Shown: positions 55,671-63,284 of the stretch, piece by piece
Layout of the letters: every line of letters begins with the position of its first letter
How positions within the stretch are numbered: the first letter of the stretch is position 1
IMG/VR virus record: IMGVR_UViG_3300044712_001255
Location: 186,001-250,000 of that record
Direction: 5' to 3' (one strand)
Length of the DNA stretch: 64,000 nucleotides
Position numbers and translations under genes: made by a program
The notes under the pieces: generated by a model
Told to the model about the DNA's origin: nothing
What the model saw: the letters and a program-made list of their open reading frames with translations, nothing else
The model's database searches: none

Positions 55671-55701
55671 TTCAAACGAGCGCGAAGGGTATAAAGAGAC
55701 C

Positions 55702-56115
55702 ATGGTAAACACCAAAGAGTTCCCCAACGTCGGCGATACCATCACGATCCACAACTGCAACATCGGTAAGGAGTACGACAAAAAGAACTGGGCTTGCACG
55801 CAGCGTGCCCGGAAGGGCAACGCCCTCACCATGAAGGTGACCAAGACGGCGTGGAATGGTGGAGGTCAGGCTCCCGACACCAACTTCCCCAACGGGTGGC
55901 ACGTGACGGCGACTGTCATTGCCACGGGCGAGGTGGTCCACTTCTATCGCAAGGACACGGGTTTCTTCAATGACCACATCACTGTCGCTCCCGGTGAGAT
56001 CCGCCTCGTTGAGGCGGGTGAGGTCACCAAGGCGAATCGGCGGGCCCGCATCGCTGAGATTGATGCCGAAGTCGCTGCCCTCCAGGCCGAGAAGGCTTGC
56101 CTCATTGATCTGTGA
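55702..56115 (+). CDS. hypothetical SH3-like protein with coiled-coil tail (leaderless)
   Basis: FPNVGDTITI; TATAAA-gagacc-ATG. Confidence 0.7.
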   Translation: MVNTKEFPNVGDTITIHNCNIGKEYDKKNWACTQRARKGNALTMKVTKTAWNGGGQAPDTNFPNGWHVTATVIATGEVVHFYRKDTGFFNDHITVAPGEIRLVEAGEVTKANRRARIAEIDAEVAALQAEKACLIDL

Positions 56116-56181
56116 GCCCTCACGAGGGCCTCGCGTCAGCGGGATAGGGGAACCTACCTTTGGCGCTTGAGGCCCTCACGT
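56114..56181. repeat. dispersed palindromic intergenic element, copy C
   Basis: GAGCCCTCACGAGGGC...GGGATAGGGGAACC...GGCCCTCACG. Confidence 0.65.
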
Positions 56182-56231
56182 AGCGAACGGTGACCGGTGT
56201 TTCTCCAGCGGGGGAAGGATATACTCTGATC

Positions 56232-56414
56232 ATGGAACAAACCACGCTCGACAAGATGAAGGTTCTCGGTGAGATGTTGGTGAAGGACAAGGCGACCCCT
56301 GCGCAGTGCCAGGCACTGGCCAAGGATGTTGCCAAGATCACGAACTACAGTTATGCAGACGTGAAGCGCCTGCTCAACTCAGTCTTCCTCATGCACGGAA
56401 TGCCGCTGATCTGA
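56232..56414 (+). CDS. small helical protein, paralog of 47887..48075
   Basis: MEQTTLDKMKVLGE...LAKDVAK...LMHGMPLI. Confidence 0.75.
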   Translation: MEQTTLDKMKVLGEMLVKDKATPAQCQALAKDVAKITNYSYADVKRLLNSVFLMHGMPLI

Positions 56415-56434
56415 CAACGGGATAAGGTGAGACC

Positions 56435-56563
56435 GTGGCAAGTTTCTTCAAGCGACTCGATGACAACAACTGGCTCATGTGCGGGGTGCTACTCACCGGC
56501 ATCGTTGTCATCGTGTGTGTCTTCGCGTACTTCGGCGTTGAAATGCCCCTCGTCATTCGGTGA
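56435..56563 (+). CDS. small membrane peptide (leaderless, GTG start)
   Basis: TAAGGT-gagacc-GTG; TM helix. Confidence 0.55.
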   Translation: MASFFKRLDDNNWLMCGVLLTGIVVIVCVFAYFGVEMPLVIR

Positions 56564-56594
56564 CGTGGCGCGGCAAGAAGGGTAAAACAAGACC

Positions 56595-56906
56595 ATGGCA
56601 AAGACCAAGGCTGAGATTGCAGAGACCCGGAAACTGAAGCGCATGGCGAAGCAGGTTGCTGCGCAGCTTGCACGTGAAGAGGCAGCTGTTGCAGAGCAGG
56701 CGGCACGAGAAGCGCGCCTCGCAAACATCTGCACGCTTGCGCAGCTGCGTACCTTCAATGAGATCCCCTACGACGGTATCTGGCCTGCGGATGAGGGCAC
56801 CCTCGGTGAGTACGTCCTGCGCGAGGAGGTGGAAGCGCTGGTGAAGAACCTCGAGAAGCGCATCGCAGAGGCGCAGCGGCTGCCGTTCCCCGACGAGATC
56901 CGGTGA
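56595..56906 (+). CDS. hypothetical coiled-coil protein (leaderless)
   Basis: TAAAAC-aagacc-ATG. Confidence 0.7.
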   Translation: MAKTKAEIAETRKLKRMAKQVAAQLAREEAAVAEQAAREARLANICTLAQLRTFNEIPYDGIWPADEGTLGEYVLREEVEALVKNLEKRIAEAQRLPFPDEIR

Positions 56907-56936
56907 CGCCAACGAACCACTGGGTATAACAAGACC

Positions 56937-57179
56937 ATGGCAAGGAACCTCAATCACCAGGTCGCAAACGTAGTCCTCTCCCTCCCATGCTGCGTCATGT
57001 CCACCATGGTGGCGTTCGTGGCAATCTTCATCACAGTGGCGGGGGTCACGGGACTCGCCTTCAGCATCCTCCTCGGTGTGGACTGGAACATGGGGTGTGC
57101 CCTTGGCATGGTTGCCTGGTTCGGCGTCTACGTCATCGTGGGCCTCATCATTGAGGTGGTGAAGGCCCGCTCTCACTGA
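56937..57179 (+). CDS. membrane protein, 2 TM (leaderless)
   Basis: TATAAC-aagacc-ATG. Confidence 0.7.
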   Translation: MARNLNHQVANVVLSLPCCVMSTMVAFVAIFITVAGVTGLAFSILLGVDWNMGCALGMVAWFGVYVIVGLIIEVVKARSH

Positions 57180-57193
57180 GGTATAACAAGACC

Positions 57194-57367
57194 ATGCACG
57201 GCAAACACTACTACCACTTCACTGTCGAAGGCACCTACATGGGCAAGAAGACGACGCTCTTCATCAACGCCACGTCTCCTCTCCACGCCATGAAAGCATG
57301 GTGCCGCAAGATGAAAGCAAACATCGAACTCGTCGCGTTCAGCTACGTCAACGTGGACGGCGAGTGA
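57194..57367 (+). CDS. hypothetical protein (leaderless)
   Basis: TATAAC-aagacc-ATG; 57 aa. Confidence 0.65.
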   Translation: MHGKHYYHFTVEGTYMGKKTTLFINATSPLHAMKAWCRKMKANIELVAFSYVNVDGE

Positions 57368-57420
57368 CAGAGACTCTTCCTTAGCTTATACTGATCTCAG
57401 GTAACGGAAACAAAAACAAC

Positions 57421-57523
57421 GGCCTGCGGGTGTTGGTGGAATCTCTGCTGCAGAGGAGATGAAACCACGGAAGCATATGGCGTCTATGACGACAAGGTTT
57501 AGGTTCAAATCCTGAGCGGGTCA
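57421..57523 (+). ncRNA. tRNA-like RNA (103 nt): acceptor and T-arm intact, interior non-tRNA
   Basis: GGCCTGC/GCGGGTC-A; TTAGG-TTCAAAT-CCTGA; own promoter GTGACA-17-TATACT. Confidence 0.6.
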
Positions 57524-57578
57524 CTGTGAAGATATGATCTTCCAAGGTTATACTCTTCTTAGATACGGAAACAAACAT

Positions 57579-57717
57579 AGTCTGTTGGTGTGGATGTTCT
57601 CCGACGCTGGAGCTTGCTCCAGCATAGGGAATACACGGTCAACACACAGCGTTGAAGGCGCAAGCGCTTTCATTGAAGGCGCTGAGTCGCTAGGTTCAAA
57701 CCCTGCACAGACTACCA
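57579..57717 (+). ncRNA. tRNA-like RNA (139 nt) with encoded CCA and two long internal hairpins
   Basis: AGTCTGT/ACAGACT-A-CCA perfect acceptor; AGG-TTCAAAC-CCT T-arm; hairpins GCTGGAG-CTTG-CTCCAGC and GAAGGCGC-AA-GCGCTTTC; own promoter GTGAAG-17-TATACT. Confidence 0.7.
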
Positions 57718-57793
57718 TGCCCTGGAACGCCTCTGGAGGTGGACGGGAAGTGATATCACCCGAACGAATGAAGTTCGAATCTTCACTGGGGCA
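57718..57793 (+). tRNA. degenerate tRNA (possible GAT anticodon, pseudo-tRNA-Ile)
   Basis: TGCCCTG/CTGGGCA with one mismatch; perfect T-arm TGAAG-TTCGAAT-CTTCA; imperfect anticodon stem around GT-GAT-AT. Confidence 0.45.
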
Positions 57794-57832
57794 CTGAGTG
57801 ACAACAGACCTCCACTGAGGTACAACTGGACC

Positions 57833-58075
57833 ATGGCAAACACCTCCTACCGAGTCGAGCTCTTCAAGATCAATCCCAACGCCCAGGAGAATGACGTCTG
57901 CGGCAACGTGACCACCTCCACGTTCTCCACCCTCGAGGCTGCTCATGACTGGTTCGAGTTCTTCAAGGCTCAGTGTGTCCACGCTGACGACACTGTGGAG
58001 CTCCTCCGGGCCGAGCACGCCTCGGACGGCAGTGACGACTTGGTTGACCTCCAGGCGATTTCCTACTACCCCTGA
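57833..58075 (+). CDS. hypothetical protein (leaderless)
   Basis: TACAAC-tggacc-ATG. Confidence 0.7.
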   Translation: MANTSYRVELFKINPNAQENDVCGNVTTSTFSTLEAAHDWFEFFKAQCVHADDTVELLRAEHASDGSDDLVDLQAISYYP

Positions 58076-58113
58076 TCGGTGATCCCAACAACTCACAAGG
58101 GTATAACAAGACC

Positions 58114-58323
58114 ATGGAAAACATCTACGCGGTAACTCATATTGATTACGAGGGTACCTACTCCGTCAAGGTCTACCGCTCCGTGGTTGACGCCTTTACC
58201 AGCTTCGCTGCCATCAAACTCTACGGCAATTGATCTTTCAAGCAGCTGGTCGGTCCCTGCACCTTCGGCGAGGATGTTACTTCCTCCACCAACGTCATCC
58301 GTCAGGAGTTCAACGAGGGGTGA
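58114..58323 (+). pseudogene. leaderless gene interrupted by an in-frame TGA at 58231
   Basis: Frame continues 29 biased codons (SFKQLVGPCTFGED...) to the next TGA. Confidence 0.5.
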
Positions 58324-58336
58324 TACCTACACAGGG

Positions 58337-58550
58337 AGGGCCCCCTATCCACGTCGAAGAGTGGCACGGTGAAGGGGCCCCATGGCCCCCTGGCTACGTC
58401 GAAGAATGTGGCTAAAAGGGCCCCGTGGCAGCCCCCTTCGATAGCCCCCTAAGAGCCCCCATGTAGCCCCCTTCGTGAAGGGGGCCCCCGGCCCCCTGCT
58501 TAAACCTTTGTGGGGCCTCCCCGTGCAGCTGCCCCGCGCTTAGCCCATAC
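58337..58550. repeat. GC-rich C5/G5 run repeat region
   Basis: AGCCCCC at 58430, 58443, 58454, 58465 plus GGGGCCCCC palindromes. Confidence 0.7.
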
Positions 58551-58671
58551 GCAAATCCCGGGAAAATTTCTCAAATCCCACTCAGCCATTCTTGACGCTG
58601 CGTCTGCTATTCCACAACACCCCCCGCACAAAATTTCCCACGGGAATTTCTCACACCTATTTACTCATACC

Positions 58672-58977
58672 ATGAAGATCACTGTAAAGCAATTTAGACA
58701 ATTGATTCGAGAAGCAACGGATTCAGGTGACGATTGGTCGGGTGGGCCGTGGATCGTTGCTATGCATAATCAATATGAGGGCCTCAGTGAAATCACCTAT
58801 TTTGCAACAGGCGACGTGGCACAAAAAGAATTCAATTCACGAAAAAAGCCACAATACACTGTTGTAGCATATAGACTCACTAACGGCATGGTTTTAGATG
58901 ATTCCTCTAAATCTAAACCGACGCATGTTGCCGACGGAAGCAACGAGTTCGAAGAAGTTAACGTCGGGTGGGAATGA
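58672..58977 (+). CDS. hypothetical protein with MKITxxQxRxLIRE leader
   Basis: MKITVKQFRQLIREA; CACCTATTTA 8 nt upstream. Confidence 0.65.
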   Translation: MKITVKQFRQLIREATDSGDDWSGGPWIVAMHNQYEGLSEITYFATGDVAQKEFNSRKKPQYTVVAYRLTNGMVLDDSSKSKPTHVADGSNEFEEVNVGWE

Positions 58978-59018
58978 CGCTTGTGTAACCCGTATGGGTC
59001 TGGTGTATACTAAGACCC

Positions 59019-59606
59019 ATGAGCAACGCCCCTACATTCATGCCGCCAATCAAGTTCTGTGGTGCTGATCGACTTGAAACACTCCCAACACATGGTTTAC
59101 ATAGCTATGTCTATAGTTTCAATGGTGATCTGCCGTATCTTACGTTCAAAGATGTTCATACCTGTATAAGGGTGACACATTGTCCCGACGTGGAGTGCTC
59201 CACTTGGGACGTGAGTTATGGTGGAACTCACATCACTGTCAACAGCGAAGATGAACTTCGATTTGCGATGTTCACTTTGCGAGACGCGATGGTTGACACA
59301 TTCTGGTCTATTGCAAAAACACTTTCAAAGAATCTTGCTCGAACTGAGAGCGTTACAAGAAAATTGCAAGATGCTGATGACTCTGCGTACGTTGCAGACA
59401 AGCCTGTTCACACTCTAACGCTGCAGCTGAAATGGACGGGAGACATTTCTCCTGAAACCGCAGAAGACTGCATCATCAGTTATGTAGAGGGCGAGCATCC
59501 GGGCGCTCCCACTCATGGCCCGTTCACTGTTACCGAAGTGAACGTTGTGGAACAACATCATCACATTGATGACGATGAGACCATTGATTACATGCACAAC
59601 CGCTGA
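59019..59606 (+). CDS. hypothetical protein (leaderless)
   Basis: TATACT-aagaccc-ATG. Confidence 0.65.
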   Translation: MSNAPTFMPPIKFCGADRLETLPTHGLHSYVYSFNGDLPYLTFKDVHTCIRVTHCPDVECSTWDVSYGGTHITVNSEDELRFAMFTLRDAMVDTFWSIAKTLSKNLARTESVTRKLQDADDSAYVADKPVHTLTLQLKWTGDISPETAEDCIISYVEGEHPGAPTHGPFTVTEVNVVEQHHHIDDDETIDYMHNR

Positions 59607-59687
59607 CAGGTGTCACTCGACCCACTTGCAATTATTCGAGGTGTCCCGATGTGGGTTCCATTTTTCTTTTGCAAGAATATTTCGTGA

Positions 59688-60662
59688 TCAATAATTCTCG
59701 TTTGGGAGATCGAATAGACCCGGGTCTGAGATGACGACTGTGCCGTCGTGACGTGCCATTACGTTGCAACGTCGCACGTCCGAGAATTTCACATTGTTTT
59801 TCTTGAACCAGATAAGTGCTTTTTGTAGCTCTTGTACTGTTGGATCTAGGCCCGCTGGATCTACATTTGCCGGATCATCATATGATTCTTCTGGCAGTTT
59901 CTTGGAGCGGGAATTAAATTGGCGTCTTTTGATCCAATCATCTGCGAAATTGGCTCGTTCTGTGTCCGTTGCTCGGAACTGCAACATGTCAATGATTTCT
60001 TGTGGCATTGAACGCGTGTCATGTACGTCCATGAATTGCACAATGTTGCCCGGGCCGCGATTGAGGCGATTTCGCTTGAGGCCGTCTAACATCCAATTGT
60101 AAAGCAAGTCAACGTCTTTTGGCGTTAGGTCTGGCATGTTTGTGGTGATGAGTTCTTCGCCCTCGTGGTACCACAATGCCGCATCGCGATGCGATGTTTC
60201 TTGCTGATCAAAGCCACCTATGCCTGCTGCTTGGCCCCTGTGAAGTGGGACGAGTCGCTCTGTCACCACGGCAACCCACCTATTCTCTGCCCGATCAAGC
60301 GGCCCACGGCCCTCGACTTCCATGTCTAATGAAATGATGTCGAGCACTCTGATCATGTGAGTTGCGACTTCTGGCGGCGCCGATTTGCGTATTTCTTCCC
60401 ACTTGGTGTATTGTCGCGCCTCTGAGGGCGAGGTCACCTTGGCCACGCACGGCTTCCCTTTGTAGTTCACTTTGAACACTGCCGAGAATGAACCGTTACC
60501 CAAGAATGCCGATCCGAGCGATCCCCTGTCGACTGGTGGGATTCCTGCTCTGCGGAGCGCGTCCATAGCACCTGTGATCCATTCATCTTGGTCTTCACTT
60601 GATTCTGTTAGCACATTTCGTATGAACGTTCGTAGCTCGCTGATTGTGGGCTTCAATAGCAT
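59688..60662 (-). CDS. protein kinase-like (ePK/ELK fold) protein with the shared N-terminal leader
   Basis: LGNGSFSAVFKV Gly loop, CVAKV Lys, SDVRRCNVM catalytic loop, ISDPGL (DFG-like); starts MLLKPTISELRTFIRNVLTE. Confidence 0.75.
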   Translation of the reverse strand: MLLKPTISELRTFIRNVLTESSEDQDEWITGAMDALRRAGIPPVDRGSLGSAFLGNGSFSAVFKVNYKGKPCVAKVTSPSEARQYTKWEEIRKSAPPEVATHMIRVLDIISLDMEVEGRGPLDRAENRWVAVVTERLVPLHRGQAAGIGGFDQQETSHRDAALWYHEGEELITTNMPDLTPKDVDLLYNWMLDGLKRNRLNRGPGNIVQFMDVHDTRSMPQEIIDMLQFRATDTERANFADDWIKRRQFNSRSKKLPEESYDDPANVDPAGLDPTVQELQKALIWFKKNNVKFSDVRRCNVMARHDGTVVISDPGLFDLPNENY

Positions 60663-60796
60663 TCGACTAAATAGCGAGCTGGCGATATATTGTTTTGGTG
60701 CCTTCTGTTGAGGAATCGATGTTGTTTTGTCGCGCCGCGGCGCAAAAAGCCCATCTGTGTGCAACCGTGCGTGTGACTCCGGTGTGAGTGTAGAAC

Positions 60797-61171
60797 TTGG
60801 CGTGGGGGGGTTACGATGGGCCTATGATGAAAGGTTATTGTGTTGCAATGCCGTATCAAGCGATCCCGTGGCGACAGTGGAGAATGTTATCGAATCGAAT
60901 AAGGGCATATGTCGGTGTCGAGTGCGTATTTTTCGATAGCCTAACGAAGTCTGAGATCATTGACAAGATTGTCGAAGAGGTGCCACGTTTCCACTTCGAG
61001 TTCTTTCACAAGAAACCGAAGAAGTGGTACAAGATTCCACGCAAGCTCGCTCGTGATACGTTCGATCGCCTGATAAAGACTGGACACGTGTGGAAAGATG
61101 AGTGCGGATTTTTTCTGACGAGGCGTGGTGAGGAACACTTGCACCGCGTATTGAAGGCGTGTTGCCCGTGA
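60797..61171 (+). CDS. hypothetical protein
   Basis: ORF; start uncertain. Confidence 0.5.
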   Translation: MAWGGYDGPMMKGYCVAMPYQAIPWRQWRMLSNRIRAYVGVECVFFDSLTKSEIIDKIVEEVPRFHFEFFHKKPKKWYKIPRKLARDTFDRLIKTGHVWKDECGFFLTRRGEEHLHRVLKACCP

Positions 61172-61491
61172 GTTCAGAGATGCGTGGTTGGGCGTGCGTT
61201 TCCAGCGATTCAGTGCTTGGTTCTTCGCTCTATAGAAAGCGTATTGGTGAGCACATCGACCTCTACGCCCTAGATGCTGGCACAACTGTGCCAGAGGAAC
61301 AGCGCTTTTCTTTTTGGGCTTTTGTGATGAGTCATAGGGGAGAATATCCAAATCCTATGATGATCGTTGAACCTACGTATGCGCCAACGTTGATCACTGC
61401 ACGAGACAGTGTGATTGCATGCGCCATTGAGTGGTTCTCTGCACGTAACAACGAGATCATTGAATCACTTCATGCGCCTAATATGAATTGA
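61159..61491 (+). CDS. hypothetical protein
   Basis: ORF overlapping upstream stop. Confidence 0.5.
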   Translation: MLPVSSEMRGWACVSSDSVLGSSLYRKRIGEHIDLYALDAGTTVPEEQRFSFWAFVMSHRGEYPNPMMIVEPTYAPTLITARDSVIACAIEWFSARNNEIIESLHAPNMN

Positions 61492-61502
61492 TAAGTAGTT
61501 CT

Positions 61503-61850
61503 ATGAAAATTTCAATTGGTCAACTGCGTGGGTTCATTAATGAGACTTTGACGTCACAAGATGATGCGCTTCAGCAACGCATGCGTCAGCGATATTCTGC
61601 GTCTATTGCTGCTCGACTGTTTGATGAAATTAATGATTTTGGTGCTGATTCTGATAGACAAGAAGTCTTTCGGGATAGGGCTGGTGACATGTTCGGTAGG
61701 CATCTAGACCCACGTGATGTTGATCAGATCGTAGCTCACATGGAACGCATTTCTGATGGAGATATGTCAACACGACGTGAATCTTGCAATATGTTGGCAG
61801 ACGACATCGTGTCTCGCATGTATGCGCCCGACGTTCCAATTTACTTCTGA
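61503..61850 (+). CDS. hypothetical protein with MKISIGQLRxFINE leader
   Basis: N-terminal motif shared with 8413, 46384, 58672, 63816. Confidence 0.65.
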   Translation: MKISIGQLRGFINETLTSQDDALQQRMRQRYSASIAARLFDEINDFGADSDRQEVFRDRAGDMFGRHLDPRDVDQIVAHMERISDGDMSTRRESCNMLADDIVSRMYAPDVPIYF

Positions 61851-61917
61851 CGTGTGCAAAACGTAGCCCTCAGTGGTATGATGTTCTCTGTAATGTCAGA
61901 CCCTGAGGGTTGTTTGC

Positions 61918-62766
61918 ATGTCTAATGAAGCAAAGCTTATTGAAAAAATTCACAAAGTAATTGCAAATCGTGGTAGAGATCGAGTAAGCACATCATCGAT
62001 TGACGATATGTTGCTGCTTGGAAACACGACAATTAACACCGTATATCACGAGTCGTTGAGCAATTATCGCTATCATTACATGTCTGACGAAGATCAACCT
62101 GATGCTTTGGGACACGTGCCTGTTTATTCGGCGAGATACAAGCGATCATTTGATACTTCTCCTGATTCACGATCGTTGCGTTGGCCTCGATTCAACCCAA
62201 ATCGCCTTGATACAAAGGACGGGTGGCGAAAGATTGAGAGGTCGTACGTTCGAGCAACGCAAATTTCCCACCGTACGTGGAATAAATTGGGCGAAACGCT
62301 CCTACAAACAATAGAAGAATGTTCACTCGCGGTTGTCAATAACGTGTATGTGTTGTTCAGAGAAGATGACGAGATATCAGCCATTGTTTTTGAGTTTACC
62401 AAAGATGGTAAACTTCGATCGTTTGCGAATGTCACGAATAAGTCAGAGCTAGATTACACAAATCCTGGTATTGCGATCATTCATGAACAATTCTCGGCGA
62501 CGATAATCTCTGCGTTCCGCCAAAACAGAAACGCGCAAAGACGTTACGAACTCATGCGGTTTGTTCTGATGCGTTGGGCGTTCCCCAAATACCACGCAAA
62601 AGAAGAATTTGAGGTCATTGACGCGCCTGGATCTGTCGTTACGACCATTATCGCACGAGCTACACCTGATTGTCCATTTGACAGGGCATATGTGATGCAA
62701 GGCAGCTCGCAAGAGGTGCATTTTCCTGCGTTTTGGCCATACGGAAGTTTGAACACGATTGAGTGA
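61918..62766 (+). CDS. hypothetical protein (282 aa)
   Basis: Long ORF; TATGAT upstream. Confidence 0.65.
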   Translation: MSNEAKLIEKIHKVIANRGRDRVSTSSIDDMLLLGNTTINTVYHESLSNYRYHYMSDEDQPDALGHVPVYSARYKRSFDTSPDSRSLRWPRFNPNRLDTKDGWRKIERSYVRATQISHRTWNKLGETLLQTIEECSLAVVNNVYVLFREDDEISAIVFEFTKDGKLRSFANVTNKSELDYTNPGIAIIHEQFSATIISAFRQNRNAQRRYELMRFVLMRWAFPKYHAKEEFEVIDAPGSVVTTIIARATPDCPFDRAYVMQGSSQEVHFPAFWPYGSLNTIE

Positions 62767-62945
62767 TGTGTAGAAAAATCTTCTACATATTAGGATGATT
62801 GTATGTTGAATCCAAATCTTGTGTTGTTGATGCTTACGTTCGCGCTTGCCGGGTTTCTTATCGGCGGTACGACGGGCGCTGTGAGTGGTGCTCTTGTTGT
62901 TTGCATATTGGGACTTATTGCAAACTTTATTGACGTCTTTCGTCG

Positions 62946-63284
62946 ATGATGCGTATGAGAACATTTTCAACTCTAACGTTCAAGCGAATCGTAACGCGAT
63001 CAAAGACGCATGAAGAAACGTGGTGCGCTCACGTTGGTACGAATCGTCTGTACTTGAAACGTACTCGTAGCAAATTGTTTCCAGGTGATACGTGGTCTCT
63101 TGAGGCTTGGGGTCGAGGCCACAATAGATTCGGCCTTGGTGATACGTGGATCGTTTACGATGATGGTGATTTTGACATCATTGATCATCACAGACAGTGC
63201 AGTGATGCGCAAGATCCTGATGTTTGGTTGGCACGTGATCCTGACGTGCTAATTGCTTTCTGGTTGAAGATACACGGAAGATGA
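62946..63284 (+). CDS. hypothetical protein
   Basis: ORF, ATGA overlap with next. Confidence 0.5.
   Translation: MMRMRTFSTLTFKRIVTRSKTHEETWCAHVGTNRLYLKRTRSKLFPGDTWSLEAWGRGHNRFGLGDTWIVYDDGDFDIIDHHRQCSDAQDPDVWLARDPDVLIAFWLKIHGR

Larger units (their letters stand above)
34963..59019. promoter_or_regulatory. series of more than 50 sigma70-like promoters placed for leaderless transcription
   Basis: Consensus GTGA(A/C)n-17nt-TA(T/G/A)(A/G)(C/A/G)(T/C)-(G/A)AGACC-ATG; e.g. 38268, 43720, 48724, 48944, 51683, 55702. Confidence 0.85.

Noticed and set aside
58231-58233. Genome-wide stop-codon reassignment
   Set aside because: TGA, TAA and TAG all terminate genes normally throughout; only one in-frame TGA case was seen.
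35081-58323. CRISPR-like array formed by the repeated promoter tiles
   Set aside because: The tiles are degenerate, the intervening DNA is 150-950 bp of coding ORFs, and no cas genes are present.
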